DNA from: Syntrophales bacterium
GTDB lineage: Bacteria > Desulfobacterota > Syntrophia > Syntrophales > CG2-30-49-12
Reading direction: 5' to 3'
Length of the DNA: 64,000 bases
Assembly: GCA_041648505.1 (NCBI GenBank)
Contig: JBAZOY010000001.1
Coordinates: forward strand, 11,795 to 75,794
Within the stretch, counting starts at the first letter, position 1. Each line of letters opens with the position of its first letter. The notes under the pieces were generated by a model. The model did no database searches and was not told where the DNA came from. It saw nothing but the letters and a program-made list of their open reading frames with translations. Shown piece by piece: positions 49,474-60,453 of this stretch. The position numbers and the translations under genes were made by a program.

Positions 49474-51420
49474 TTATCGGGAACCTCCGTGCTTGAAAAA
49501 CAGAACGCCAAGGGGAGGCATGGTCAAAGAGAGTGAATAATATCTTCCATGTGCCGGTATAGGAGAAGCTTCACTACCTCCGATATTTCCATGTCCGCTT
49601 CCACCGTAAACAACAGCATCACTATTTAAAATCTCTTTCCAGAAACCACCCTTCGGAACTCCAATCCTGTAGTTGTATCGCGGGACCGGAGTAAAATTGC
49701 AAAGAACAAGGACCAGGTCTTCAGGCCTTTTCCCTTTCCGTATAAAACTGATTATACTTTCTTCCCAATTCTGGCAATCCACCCACTCGAAACCCTGGAT
49801 AGTAAAATCCAATTCATGGAGCGAAGGTTCTGTTCTGTATAGACAATTCAGATCCTTCACCCATTTTTGGATACCCTGAGGAAAAGGAGCTTGAAGAACA
49901 TGCCATTCCAGGCTCTCGTCATGATTCCACTCTTTTGGTTGAGCAAACTCTCCCCCCATAAAGAGGAGTTTCTTTCCGGGATGTCCATACATATAACCAT
50001 AGAGGAGACGTAAATTTGCATACTTCTGCCACTCATCTCCCGGCATTTTTTCAAAGAGAGACTTCTTTCCGTACACTATCTCATCATGGGACAAGGGAAG
50101 CACAAAATTTTCTGAAAATGCATACCAGACACTAAAGGTAAGCTGACTATGATGATGTTTTCTAAAAACAGGGTCCATTGAAATATAATCAAGGGTATCA
50201 TGCATCCAGCCCATATTCCATTTCATCCCAAAACCCAGTCCTCCAAGATATGGCGGCTTTGAAACCATGGGCCATGATGTTGATTCTTCGGCTATGGTCT
50301 GAACATCGGGATGTTTTGTATAAACCATTTCATTAAATCTCTTCAAAAAATTTATGGCCTCTATGTTTTCCTGCCCGCCGTATTCATTTGGTATCCATTC
50401 CCCGTCTTTTCTCCCGTAATCAAGATAGAGCAGCGATGCGACCGCATCAACCCTGAAGCCGTCGATGTGGTATTTCTCAAGCCAGAAGAGAGCGTTGCTG
50501 ATGAGAAAATTTCGCACTTCGTTCCGGCCATAGTTGAAAATACAGCTTTTCCAATCAGGGTGGTATCCTTTCTGGGGATCTGCATGTTCATAAAGATGTG
50601 AACCGTCAAAATAAACGAGGCCATGTTCGTCATCAGGAAAATGAGACGGTACCCAGTCCAGAATGACACCAATCCCGTTCTGATGAAGATAGTCAACGAG
50701 ATACATAAAGTCCTGCGGCGTTCCATATCTGCTGGTAGGCGCAAAATACCCTGTTGTCTGGTATCCCCAGGACCCATAAAATGGATGTTCCGTCACCGGA
50801 AGAAATTCCACATGGGTAAATGCCATCTCCTTTGCATAATCGGCAAGGTAATGGGCTATCTCTCGGTAGGTCAGGCTCCTGTTGTTTTCTTCAGGAACTC
50901 TTCTCCAGGAGCCGAGATGCATTTCATATATGGATATCGGAGCATTTAAAGCATTTACTGAGTGTCTTTTTCCCATCCACTCACGGTCAGTCCATTCATA
51001 GCTTAAATCCCACACAACCGAGGCCGTTTTCGGTGGAACTTCCCAATAAAATGAGAAAGGGTCCCCTTTATCAACTTTATAATTATTATAGCGAGATACA
51101 ATGTGATATTTATAAACGTCTCCGTTACCTACCTGTGGAATAAACCCTTCCCATACCCCCGAACCATCCCCCCTGACAATTAACGGGTGTGATTTTTTAT
51201 TCCACTCGTTAAAATCTCCTGCAACAGATACTTTTTCGGCATTAGGCGCCCACACGCTGAATAATGTCCCTTCCTTTCCATCAACACTTAAGGCGTGAGA
51301 GCCAAGTTTATCGTAAAGATTAAAGTGATTTCCCTCCTTAAAGAGGTATATATCGTGATCGGTAAGGAGACTTGTATTGTACATAACGCTTTCTTTTTTC
51401 ACGTTTTTCTTAGTCGTCAT
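49474..51420 (-). CDS. glgB: 1,4-alpha-glucan branching enzyme
   Basis: Contains [31 protein letters not shown] and AEESTSWP. The start may be the internal ATG at 51384. Confidence 0.92.
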   Translation of the reverse strand: MTTKKNVKKESVMYNTSLLTDHDIYLFKEGNHFNLYDKLGSHALSVDGKEGTLFSVWAPNAEKVSVAGDFNEWNKKSHPLIVRGDGSGVWEGFIPQVGNGDVYKYHIVSRYNNYKVDKGDPFSFYWEVPPKTASVVWDLSYEWTDREWMGKRHSVNALNAPISIYEMHLGSWRRVPEENNRSLTYREIAHYLADYAKEMAFTHVEFLPVTEHPFYGSWGYQTTGYFAPTSRYGTPQDFMYLVDYLHQNGIGVILDWVPSHFPDDEHGLVYFDGSHLYEHADPQKGYHPDWKSCIFNYGRNEVRNFLISNALFWLEKYHIDGFRVDAVASLLYLDYGRKDGEWIPNEYGGQENIEAINFLKRFNEMVYTKHPDVQTIAEESTSWPMVSKPPYLGGLGFGMKWNMGWMHDTLDYISMDPVFRKHHHSQLTFSVWYAFSENFVLPLSHDEIVYGKKSLFEKMPGDEWQKYANLRLLYGYMYGHPGKKLLFMGGEFAQPKEWNHDESLEWHVLQAPFPQGIQKWVKDLNCLYRTEPSLHELDFTIQGFEWVDCQNWEESIISFIRKGKRPEDLVLVLCNFTPVPRYNYRIGVPKGGFWKEILNSDAVVYGGSGHGNIGGSEASPIPAHGRYYSLSLTMPPLGVLFFKHGGSR

Positions 51421-54400
51421 TGTTAAACTCCAGTAAATCTTTAATCCCTTTCAGAGGTATAATAACCCAGTCTGGGCGGTTGTTCAGTTCATAACTAACC
51501 TCATAAACAGCCTTCTCTAAAAGGAATGCTTTTAAAAGCACGTCAATATCTGCAACATCCGCCGGGATAAAAGCTGCATCTTTCGTCGTGTTCAGGTATG
51601 AACCTAAAAATACACCGCTGACATATTTATACCAGAGATCATTCCACGGCTCTAAACCGCTGGTATTTTCTTTACTGACAAGGATATGCTTAAAAAGAGA
51701 AGTGTGAGCTGCATACTGAAAGGACCGCATCATCCCGGCAACATCAACAAGAGGTGATTTTTTGATTCTTCTCTCACTCAAAGATCTTGCGGGTTCTCCC
51801 TCAAAGTCAATGATAACAAAGTCATTCCCGGTAAAGAGAACCTGTCCTAAATGATAATCCCCGTGGATTCTTGTCTTCGTCACTAATATCTTTTTCTTCA
51901 AGAGAGACTGAAAAGTTGTCATGATATTTTTTTCATGGCCCAATACCTCATGAGCCGTCTCTATAACGGCGTCCGGGATTTTTTTTATATTTTTCCTCAG
52001 GAGTTCGAAAGTCTTCTTTGTAAGGCTTTGCATAGATTGATAGAGCGATCTCTGATAAAGGACGGAAAAATATTCAGGCGCAAAACTCGGGGCCTCCCTG
52101 TCGGATGATAACGCTATATGAAGCTCTGCCGTCCTTTTTCCTAATAGAGCAACCATTTCAAGATAGTCAATTCCTATCAGTTCCTGAAGCACTGTCGGTA
52201 TATCCTTAAAACCCGCAACATCGAAAAGAGAAGCGGGTGGCTTTGGAAGCTCTTGGATCTCTGTCCTTTTTGAAAGAGCTCTCTCAAAATATCTACCGAT
52301 GGAATCAAGCGTATATTTCCAGGCGTCTCCCTGGTTATTAACAAAAGCTTGAAGTACACCGACAATGATCGGTTCCCTTCCGGTAATTTTGTATTCTATA
52401 ACCCCTGCAAACGGGGAAACATTAGGGAAAAGAGCCTTTTCAGAAAGAAACTTTCCGATTTCAAGGTCGGGATTAATCCCTTCATCAAGTCGTCTAAAAA
52501 GTTTAAAAAACAGTTTATTGCCATAAAGAATAGACGAATTGCTTTGTTCAGCTTTTGACACCTGAGATTTTTCGTCAAGAAGTTCTCTCGTCTTAAGACT
52601 TCTCAAAAACCGCCCCGGATAAGCGGTAAGCTTCCCTTCGATACCCATCGTGCCACGCCTTCCAGTAATCATTCGCAAGATATCTTTATGAAACTCAACA
52701 TTGTACACGCCGTCGTAGATAATGCCTTCCCCGCTACCGGTTCCAACACGTGAAACAATAATATAGGGTTTCTCTTCAATAATCGTTTCCGCCTCAACTC
52801 CGGATAAAAAAGACAGGGGGAGAAAGTATACGTCGGCTAATCCTTCATTAAAGAATATCTTTATAAAAAGGAGGTGAGTAGAGGTGGGACCTTTTCCTAT
52901 AGTTACATTTTCGAGAATCTTAACTTTTCTTATCTTCCTGGCTTTCCCGCCAAACCACCTGCAACCTGCTATATACTGAGGCAATATCTCGTCCTCTAAT
53001 TTTTCTTTTGTCTTTCCCTGGAAAATACTTTTCCATTCCCCGATGACATTCAATTCCGGCACGCGACTGAATAAATCTCCAAAATGTATTACTTCTTCTT
53101 CCTTCTTGAGTGAAAACCAGAAATAATCATAAAAACCAAGCGTGAGGACATAGGGAGTATCTTTAATGACAGGAAACTTGTTTCCGCTGAACACTTCCTC
53201 GGGAGCGTATCCTGAAAACTGAAACAGACCAAGTTCAACGACCTGGGAATACCGCGACAGGTTCACAACCACCAGCATCGTCTCGTCTCTATACTGACGA
53301 ATGAATGCAAGAACTTTTGGATTATCAGTTAACAAAAACTCGGTAGTTCCGCTTCCAAAAGAACGAAGTCGCTTTCTCGCAGATATAACTCTCTTCATCC
53401 ACCATAAGAGTGATGAGTGGTTCCTTTCCTGATTTTCTACATTAACGGCTTCGTAGTGATATTGTGGGTCTATGATTACGGGAAGATAGAGCTTTTGAGG
53501 GTTTGCTCTTGAGAAACCGGCGTTCCTGTCGGCGCTCCACTGCATCGGAGTCCGGACCCCGTTTCTGTCACCAAGGTAATAATTGTCTCCCATCCCGATC
53601 TCGTCCCCATAATAAATCACAGGCGTTCCGGGAAGAGAAAACAAGAGAAAGTTCATTATTTCTATTTTTCTGGGATGATTTCCGAGAAGCGGCGCCAACC
53701 GTCTGCGTATGCCGAGATTTATCCTGGCATTGTGATCACTTGCATAGACCTTGTACATATAATCTCTTTCTTCGTCCGTGACCATCTCAAGAGTTAGCTC
53801 GTCATGGTTCCTCAGAAAAAGCGCCCACTGGCATTCCTCCGGAATAGAGGGTGTTTGTTCAAATATATTGATAATGGGGAACCTGTCTTCCATCCAGAGC
53901 GACATAAATATTCTCGGCATGAGAGGGAAATGAAATGCCATGTGGCACTTGTCGCCATTGCCGAAGTAACTCACAGCATCTTCCGGCCACTGATTGGCTT
54001 CTGCCAACAGCATCTTATTTTCGAACTTACTGTCAATATGGGATCTTAATTTCTCTAAAAACCCATAAGTTTCAGGCAGGTTTTCACAGTTGGTGCCTTC
54101 CCTTTCATACAGGTAAGGAACGGCGTCCAACCGCACCCCGTCAACTCCCATTGAAAACCAGAAATCAATGACACGGAACATTTCTTTCTGGACATGAGGA
54201 TTTTCGTAGTTCAAATCCGGCTGATGAGAGTAAAACCGATGCCAGTAATATGCCCTGGCAACCGGGTCCCATGCCCAATTAGACGTCTCAAAATCTTTAA
54301 AAATTATCCTTGCGTCCCCATATTTCTCCGGACTATCACTCCAGACATAAAAATCTCTCCATACCGATTTTTTTTTAGCCCTTCGTGATCTCTGAAACCA

Positions 54401-54757
54401 GGCGTGCTGATCAGAAGTATGGTTCAAGACAAGTTCTGTAATAACGTGTATCCCACGCTTGTGGGCTTCTCTCAGAAACGCCTTGAAATCTTTTAAAGTC
54501 CCGTACTGAGAATTGACAGTGAAATAATCGGAGATATCATATCCGTCATCCTTGAGAGGAGAAGGATAAAAAGGGAGCAGCCATATGGCGGTAATTCCGA
54601 GGCCCTCAAGATAGTCCAGCTTTTCAGTGAGTCCTTTTAAATCCCCCACTCCTTCACCTCTGCTGTCGTAAAACGCCTTTATATGAAGTTCATAAATTAC
54701 TGCATCCTTGTACCAGAGTGGAATATTCTCAGGATATGGTTCTCTTTCAGGCATCAA
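51410..54757 (-). CDS. treS: Trehalose synthase fused to maltokinase (TreS-Mak/Pep2)
   Basis: The N-terminal part contains [16 protein letters not shown]...[24 protein letters not shown]. The C-terminal kinase part contains [27 protein letters not shown]. Confidence 0.92.
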   Translation of the reverse strand: MMPEREPYPENIPLWYKDAVIYELHIKAFYDSRGEGVGDLKGLTEKLDYLEGLGITAIWLLPFYPSPLKDDGYDISDYFTVNSQYGTLKDFKAFLREAHKRGIHVITELVLNHTSDQHAWFQRSRRAKKKSVWRDFYVWSDSPEKYGDARIIFKDFETSNWAWDPVARAYYWHRFYSHQPDLNYENPHVQKEMFRVIDFWFSMGVDGVRLDAVPYLYEREGTNCENLPETYGFLEKLRSHIDSKFENKMLLAEANQWPEDAVSYFGNGDKCHMAFHFPLMPRIFMSLWMEDRFPIINIFEQTPSIPEECQWALFLRNHDELTLEMVTDEERDYMYKVYASDHNARINLGIRRRLAPLLGNHPRKIEIMNFLLFSLPGTPVIYYGDEIGMGDNYYLGDRNGVRTPMQWSADRNAGFSRANPQKLYLPVIIDPQYHYEAVNVENQERNHSSLLWWMKRVISARKRLRSFGSGTTEFLLTDNPKVLAFIRQYRDETMLVVVNLSRYSQVVELGLFQFSGYAPEEVFSGNKFPVIKDTPYVLTLGFYDYFWFSLKKEEEVIHFGDLFSRVPELNVIGEWKSIFQGKTKEKLEDEILPQYIAGCRWFGGKARKIRKVKILENVTIGKGPTSTHLLFIKIFFNEGLADVYFLPLSFLSGVEAETIIEEKPYIIVSRVGTGSGEGIIYDGVYNVEFHKDILRMITGRRGTMGIEGKLTAYPGRFLRSLKTRELLDEKSQVSKAEQSNSSILYGNKLFFKLFRRLDEGINPDLEIGKFLSEKALFPNVSPFAGVIEYKITGREPIIVGVLQAFVNNQGDAWKYTLDSIGRYFERALSKRTEIQELPKPPASLFDVAGFKDIPTVLQELIGIDYLEMVALLGKRTAELHIALSSDREAPSFAPEYFSVLYQRSLYQSMQSLTKKTFELLRKNIKKIPDAVIETAHEVLGHEKNIMTTFQSLLKKKILVTKTRIHGDYHLGQVLFTGNDFVIIDFEGEPARSLSERRIKKSPLVDVAGMMRSFQYAAHTSLFKHILVSKENTSGLEPWNDLWYKYVSGVFLGSYLNTTKDAAFIPADVADIDVLLKAFLLEKAVYEVSYELNNRPDWVIIPLKGIKDLLEFNNDD

Positions 54758-54768
54758 CTTCCATCTCC

Positions 54769-56751
54769 TTACATAAAATAGTCAAAATCCCCCTCTTTTT
54801 TCAATCTTCGCCTGATCCTGAAAATATAAGCGGGGCAAATATGGGGATCTATCTCGACATAGTTTCTTTCTCCCTGCCATATGTATTTATTATCACCAAG
54901 CAAATCATGAACAAGATAAGGCTGGTCGGGATCAATTCCCAGTGTATGAACAGGAACCTTTACCCACCCGGAATGTTTATGGAAAGGGTCAAGATTGACT
55001 ATCACAAATATTATATTTGACAGATCTTCGGTCGTCTTTCCGTAAAACATAAGATTATCATTATCCGATTCATAATAATGTATATTGTATGTGGTCTGGA
55101 GCGCAGGATTTTCCCTTCTTATTTTATTAACCCTTCCTATAAAATCCCTCAAGTTACCTTCTTTATTCCAGTCCCAGTTTTTTATCTCATATTTTTCGGA
55201 ATCGAGATATTCTTCCTTTCCCGGCACAGCCTCTTGTATGCACAGTTCAAAAGCCGGTCCATAGACCCCATAGTTCGAAGAAAGTGTAGCTGCGAGGACA
55301 AGCCTCATCATAAAGGCCGGTCGGCCCCCATACTGTAAATGCTCGGGAAGTATATCAGGTGTATTGGGCCAGAAATTAGGCCTGAAATACTCTCGGACCT
55401 CAGTCTCTGTAAGCTCATTGATATATCGCATTAATTCCCACCTGGTATTTCGCCATGTAAAGTATGTGTAAGACTGTGTAAAGCCGAGCTTTGCAAGACG
55501 ATACACCACCTTTGGCCTCGTAAAGGACTCAGACAGGAATATGACATCCGGATAGTCCTTCTTGATTCCTGTTACAAGCCACTCCCAGAAAGAAAAAGGT
55601 TTTGTATGCGGGTTATCTACCCTGAAGATCTTCACACCTTTTTCAATCCAGAAAACAACTATACTCTTAAGCTCATCCCACAGCTCCTGCCGGTTTTCCG
55701 TTTCAAAATTCAACGGCAGGATATCTTCGTACTTCTTGGGGGGATTCTCTGCATATTGAACAGTCCCGTCAGGACGCCATTTAAACCATTCAGGGTGTTT
55801 TTTGACGTAAGGATGGTCAGGAGAACACTGGAAGGCAAGATCCATAGCCACTTCTATTCCGTATTCTTTGGCCTTATTTATGAATCCAACAAAATCTTCC
55901 ATAGTCCCAAGCTCGGGATGAATCGCCTTATGCCCTCCTCCTTCCGAGCCTATTGCCCATGGACTGCCGACATCTTTCGGTTTGACCTGAAGTGAATTAT
56001 TTTTCCCTTTCCGGTTTGTTATTCCAATCGGATGGATCGGAGAAAGGTATAAGACATCAAAACCCATCCTCCGTATCTCGGGCAGGAAAGTCTCACAATC
56101 TTCAAATTTCCCGTACCTGCCGGGCTGTGATGCACATGATCTTACAAAAATCTCATACCATGAACTAAAAAGAGCCTTTTTTCTGTCCACAACAACAGAC
56201 AGTTCCTTCTCATAGAGTGTGGCAGACCTTCTGTCTATGCATCCATCCATTAACTCATTGACTTCTTTACTCATGGCAAGATTGAAAACCTTATCGCTAT
56301 CCTTTTCACTCAGTAAAAGATCAGCAATCTCTTTTAATTTCTGCTTTTCCGGTTTTAAAGACCTCTCAGATAAACCTTCAATATGCTGAACACCTGTCAG
56401 GATCTCTACAGAAATGTCCTGGCCGGCAACAAACTTCTTTTTTAAATCTTTCTGCCATGTCTTAAAATGATCGACCCAGCCTTGAAAGGTGTAGTGATAG
56501 ATTCCCATTTCCTCGGTAATAAACTCGCCTCTCCACCTGTCATTTTCAATGAACCTCATGGGAGATTCTTTCCATTCTTGATCCCCATGTTTCTTGAATA
56601 AAAGCAGCGCTGAGACTGAATCATGTCCATCAGCAAATATATCGGCTTCAACAATAACTTTTTCACCAATCACCCGCTTTATCGGGAAACCACCGCCATC
56701 GATTTCCGGCTTTACATTTTCTATAACAACCCGCTTTCTACCTTCAGCCAT
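54769..56751 (-). CDS. glgE: Alpha-1,4-glucan:maltose-1-phosphate maltosyltransferase
   Basis: Contains VVIENVKPEIDGGGFPIKRVIGE, YEIFVRS and FRVDNPHTKP. Confidence 0.92.
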   Translation of the reverse strand: MAEGRKRVVIENVKPEIDGGGFPIKRVIGEKVIVEADIFADGHDSVSALLLFKKHGDQEWKESPMRFIENDRWRGEFITEEMGIYHYTFQGWVDHFKTWQKDLKKKFVAGQDISVEILTGVQHIEGLSERSLKPEKQKLKEIADLLLSEKDSDKVFNLAMSKEVNELMDGCIDRRSATLYEKELSVVVDRKKALFSSWYEIFVRSCASQPGRYGKFEDCETFLPEIRRMGFDVLYLSPIHPIGITNRKGKNNSLQVKPKDVGSPWAIGSEGGGHKAIHPELGTMEDFVGFINKAKEYGIEVAMDLAFQCSPDHPYVKKHPEWFKWRPDGTVQYAENPPKKYEDILPLNFETENRQELWDELKSIVVFWIEKGVKIFRVDNPHTKPFSFWEWLVTGIKKDYPDVIFLSESFTRPKVVYRLAKLGFTQSYTYFTWRNTRWELMRYINELTETEVREYFRPNFWPNTPDILPEHLQYGGRPAFMMRLVLAATLSSNYGVYGPAFELCIQEAVPGKEEYLDSEKYEIKNWDWNKEGNLRDFIGRVNKIRRENPALQTTYNIHYYESDNDNLMFYGKTTEDLSNIIFVIVNLDPFHKHSGWVKVPVHTLGIDPDQPYLVHDLLGDNKYIWQGERNYVEIDPHICPAYIFRIRRRLKKEGDFDYFM

Positions 56752-57006
56752 TTTGACCTCTTTTGCTTTTGTATCTCACAGAAAATTAATCGGACATAAA
56801 AGTTGAAATGGGGAGAAGAAACCTTTCCTTTCGAAAGAATGAAAAGTAATCTGAACAAACTGTTCAAAAGAAAGGAACGATCGTAAGTAAATGGTAATTT
56901 TGAAAAATATTATAGATTATGTATGCTCTAAAGTCAAATTGCCCCCCTGCCGAATTTCGTTATACGTCCCCCACAACAGGGTTAAGACATGTTCCGATAA
57001 TTACGG

Positions 57007-57106
57007 TTTTAAATCAAAGATGAAATCAAGGCGGCAAGGAGGAGGCGACGCAGGCGTACATGAAACGTATATGAGGAGCCAACGAAGATAGCGCTTTGAT
57101 TTAAAA
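57007..57106. repeat. 100-bp unit bounded by perfect 13-bp inverted repeats (TTTTAAATCAAAG ... CTTTGATTTAAAA)
   Basis: The arms lie at 57007-57019 and 57094-57106. The interior is purine-rich and contains aaggaggagg. Confidence 0.8.
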
Positions 57107-57149
57107 TTGGAACATTTGAGTCAGTTCAATCTTCTCAAATAATATAATA

Positions 57150-57178
57150 TTGACACATAAGTTCGCTTCATCTATACT
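57150..57178 (+). promoter_or_regulatory. Near-consensus sigma70 promoter TTGACA-N17-TATACT upstream of the cNMP-binding gene
   Basis: The -35 element is at 57150-57155 and the -10 at 57173-57178, with an exact 17-nt spacer. It shares an identical 16-mer GCTTCATCTATACTCC with the promoter at 61381. Confidence 0.7.
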
Positions 57179-57322
57179 CCCTGAATCTAAAGGGGAATCT
57201 TTCTCAAAAAATGCTGATTATTGAGTTTATAATGAATTTTAAGAGAAGAATGAAAGGTTTCTCCTCAAAGAGAGGCCTCTTGAAAAGGTTTTAGCATTAT
57301 TCATAAGATCGGGGGGAGAATA

Positions 57323-57874
57323 ATGGACGAAAAAACTTTAAAGGAAAACATCGAAATAACTGAGCATCTGAAAAATTTACCTGTATTAAAGTTTTTTGAC
57401 AAGGAAAAACTGGACGAAGTTCTCCGCTTCAGTAAAATACAGAAATTTAACCCGGGCGACATCATCATCGAAGAAGGAAAAAACGACAAGTTGGTATATT
57501 TCCTTATATCAGGAACGGTAAAGGTCTTAAAACACGGGGAAGAAATCGATAGCCTTAAGGGTATAGGAGATATTTTTGGAGAGATGTGTATCGTTGATGG
57601 AGGCCCCCGATCAGCATCCATCTGTGCTGCTGACGATGTTGTCTGTCTTGTTATGGATGTCTCTTTCAGGGACAGCCTCGTTTCTGACGATCAAATTGCT
57701 TTCTGCGCCATATTTTACCAGGTCGTGGCTGAAGTTCTTGCCGGCAGGCTCAGAGAAACAAGTGAAGAACTTGTTCAGGAGCAGGTGATGAAAGAGGTCC
57801 TCTCGACCCGTTTAAACCAGTTGAACAAGGAACTTGCACAGGCGAAAGAGGAAATCGCGAGGCTGAAAAGTTGA
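57323..57874 (+). CDS. Cyclic-nucleotide-binding domain protein with a C-terminal coiled coil and no recognisable output domain
   Basis: FGEMCIVDGGPRSASICAADDVVCLVM is the cNMP phosphate-binding cassette. The tail LNQLNKELAQAKEEIARLKS looks like a coiled coil. Confidence 0.8.
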   Translation: MDEKTLKENIEITEHLKNLPVLKFFDKEKLDEVLRFSKIQKFNPGDIIIEEGKNDKLVYFLISGTVKVLKHGEEIDSLKGIGDIFGEMCIVDGGPRSASICAADDVVCLVMDVSFRDSLVSDDQIAFCAIFYQVVAEVLAGRLRETSEELVQEQVMKEVLSTRLNQLNKELAQAKEEIARLKS

Positions 57875-58011
57875 GCATCTGGATATGCCATCTCCCTTGA
57901 CAAATAATTACAAAACGTATACTGAGTACAAGTATCACGATCAGCAGAGATGATTTTCTCTCTGCTTTGGAAGTAACTCTGCTTTAATTTTACCCAGGGA
58001 GCGAGATAAAA

Positions 58012-58917
58012 ATGGACCAGAAAGCTTTGGCAAGAGAATGTTTCATGGAAGGATGCCGGTATGACCTCGTCGATCCACTCTCCGAGAAAGCCATAGAGGC
58101 CTACAAAAAAAGCATCGTTTTCGACCCCACTTTTACCGCTGCATACGTAAATCTTGGGTTTATATGCCTCCAGAAAGAAGACTATGAATGGGCTCTCCTC
58201 TGTTTACGCAGAGTCATCGAACTGGAACCGGATAACCCGGAAGCATTCAACAATCTGGGGTACCTGTATGAAAAAATGGACAGATTAGGCACCGCCAGAC
58301 AGGTGTACGAACAGGCTTTAGCATTGAACCCGAAAAACGTCGAAGCCATTCTCAACATGGGGCATATCTCGGAACTGCAAGAAGATTATCACAAAGCAGT
58401 AGAATTCTACAAAAGGGCGATCGGGGTGAATCCCGGTGAAGCCTCGCCTCGTTTCTTTCTGGCTTTCCTCTATGATCAACACGATATGTTTGATGAGGCG
58501 ATCCAGGAATATCAGGGTGTTCTTGGAATCAACCCCTCCCATGTCAATGCTCTCTTTAACATGGGAAACCTGCACGTTCAATTAGGTGATTATAATCAGG
58601 CAATAAATTACTTCGAGCGGGTACTGTCAGTTAACCCGGACAATGCGGAGGCCTGGAATAACCTGGGTTCTATTTATGAGGCGATGAAAAATTATGAAGA
58701 AGCTGTTAAGGCCTATCAAAAGTCCCTCTCTTTAAATCCCTTTCAGGAAGAAGCAAATGTGAATCTCGCCCACATTCAATACAGGCATTACATTTCAAAC
58801 CCGGACAGCGCAACCAGGAACAACATAGTCCGCAGACTTCACTTTGTCCTGTCTGTTAATCCACGGAAGATTAAGGCCCAGAAACTCCTGGATGAGCTGG
58901 CCAAAGAAAAATGCTGA
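58012..58917 (+). CDS. Tetratricopeptide-repeat protein
   Basis: It has about 7 consecutive 34-aa units with the pattern A..N.G..Y......A...Y..AL..NP. Confidence 0.85.
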   Translation: MDQKALARECFMEGCRYDLVDPLSEKAIEAYKKSIVFDPTFTAAYVNLGFICLQKEDYEWALLCLRRVIELEPDNPEAFNNLGYLYEKMDRLGTARQVYEQALALNPKNVEAILNMGHISELQEDYHKAVEFYKRAIGVNPGEASPRFFLAFLYDQHDMFDEAIQEYQGVLGINPSHVNALFNMGNLHVQLGDYNQAINYFERVLSVNPDNAEAWNNLGSIYEAMKNYEEAVKAYQKSLSLNPFQEEANVNLAHIQYRHYISNPDSATRNNIVRRLHFVLSVNPRKIKAQKLLDELAKEKC

Positions 58918-58938
58918 TTTTTCGGAGGTTTTCCGCTT

Positions 58939-60435
58939 TTACTTAAGTTTTGCCGTAATAAATTCCCTGATATCACTCCACGCGGAAATCGGATCAATGG
59001 CTGGTGAAGATGCCAGATCAGGGTACTTCTTAAGAACCTGTGCCGCAAGTACTCCTGCAACCTTCATGCGATGCTCCTGAGTGGATGATCGTCCCTGATC
59101 TAAAAGGTAAGCAGGGATGCTGATCTCGATCTTACACCCGTACATATCAATTTCTTCCAGAAAATCTCCTGTAGTTGAGAGCGGTTCTTCGGCAACTTCC
59201 GGTTCTGCGACAACCGCAGGTTCTACAATAACTTCCTGTACTGCCGGTTCTTCGGCAATCTCCGGTTCTTCATTAACCACATGTTCTGCGACCACCTCAA
59301 CAGCAGCAGTTTCCGGAGATTCTACCGCGGCAGATACCATTCCGTCCGTTTCATCGGCCTGATCATTCATCTGAAGTCCACTCACAACAGGTACCTCGGC
59401 AGAAGCAGCCACTTCTTTTTCAACTGTTTCCGGCTTTTCCTCCCGTTCTATTTGTTCGGCCAAGGATTCGTCAGCACGGCGGCCCTGAAACGCCTCCACG
59501 GAAAGCACCACAGGTTCGGCAGGAACAACTTTCGGCTTTTCATGAGCCGGTTCGGTAATTACCTTAATTTCACGCCTTTTCCGTGGCTTTCTCTTTTGGA
59601 CTGCCTGTCCCGTCAAGTTCTGGAAACGCTCACCGATCTGATGAACAACCTCTCCCTTGACTTCGCTGAATTGATTCGTCTCACCTGCTTTAAGTGACAA
59701 CTTACAGATCTTGTTGATCAGACGGGGAACCCCGTGTTCCGAGTACTCCCATAAAAAAGTATATGCTTCATCTGTAAATATTTTTCTCGTTCCTCCGACA
59801 ATCCCGAGCCGGGTCTCAACATAAGCTTTCAACAGTTTCTCAGATTCGATCTTATCGATCCGGCTGAATGTCCCGATTCGCTGCAGCAGATTTGCGCGTT
59901 TCGGGTGCTCCAATCTACGTGCCAGCTCCAGCTGTCCGGCAAGCACTATGGTAAACAAATTTCTCTGATCATCCTGCATATTGGTCAGCAATCTGAGACT
60001 CTCAAGATTAGCAGGAGACATAGCATTTGCCTCATCTACAAAAACCAGAACTTTTTTCCCGGCATCCATGGTTTCAAATAGAATTTTGTTAAATACTTCG
60101 AGGAGATTAATTCTTCTCCTTTCGTCACATTGCTTCCCGGTCAACTGACCGATAATTTCCCGTAAGAGTTCAATAAAGGTCATATCGGGATTAGTGATCA
60201 GAGCGATCTTATACTTCTCTTGCTCCAGAGAATCTATAATGATACGAATAGACAAAGTCTTGCCCAAACCCACATCACCGACAATCACCGCAACGCACTC
60301 ATTACCCTCTTCGATGGCAAACAGTGTTTCCGCAATAGCATTTTCCATCGAAGCATGGCAGTCCACATACATCGTCGGGTCAGGAACATTGTCGAAAGGC
60401 GGCTTTTTCAAACCCCAATATTCATAATACGTCAT
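58939..60435 (-). CDS. ExeA-like AAA ATPase (AAA_22 type) with a long acidic/Pro-Glu-Val-rich linker and an uncharacterised C-terminal domain
   Basis: The N-terminus is YYEYWGLKKPPFDNVPDP. The Walker A motif is GDVGLGKT and the Walker B motif is VLVFVDEAN. The low-complexity linker reads EPEIAEEPAVQEVIVEPAVVAEPEVAEEP. Confidence 0.7.
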   Translation of the reverse strand: MTYYEYWGLKKPPFDNVPDPTMYVDCHASMENAIAETLFAIEEGNECVAVIVGDVGLGKTLSIRIIIDSLEQEKYKIALITNPDMTFIELLREIIGQLTGKQCDERRRINLLEVFNKILFETMDAGKKVLVFVDEANAMSPANLESLRLLTNMQDDQRNLFTIVLAGQLELARRLEHPKRANLLQRIGTFSRIDKIESEKLLKAYVETRLGIVGGTRKIFTDEAYTFLWEYSEHGVPRLINKICKLSLKAGETNQFSEVKGEVVHQIGERFQNLTGQAVQKRKPRKRREIKVITEPAHEKPKVVPAEPVVLSVEAFQGRRADESLAEQIEREEKPETVEKEVAASAEVPVVSGLQMNDQADETDGMVSAAVESPETAAVEVVAEHVVNEEPEIAEEPAVQEVIVEPAVVAEPEVAEEPLSTTGDFLEEIDMYGCKIEISIPAYLLDQGRSSTQEHRMKVAGVLAAQVLKKYPDLASSPAIDPISAWSDIREFITAKLK

Positions 60436-60453
60436 TCCAATCCTCCTGTATGC

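Noticed and set aside
56891-57091. 66-aa ORF in the glgE / cNMP intergenic region
   Set aside because: It has no SD and no motif. Its 3' part is the purine-rich interior of the inverted-repeat unit, so it is more likely non-coding.
57007-57106. Retron msr/msd-like ncRNA (flanking inverted repeats)
   Set aside because: There is no reverse transcriptase gene anywhere in the window and no internal msd-type stem. I kept it only as a generic inverted-repeat-bounded element.
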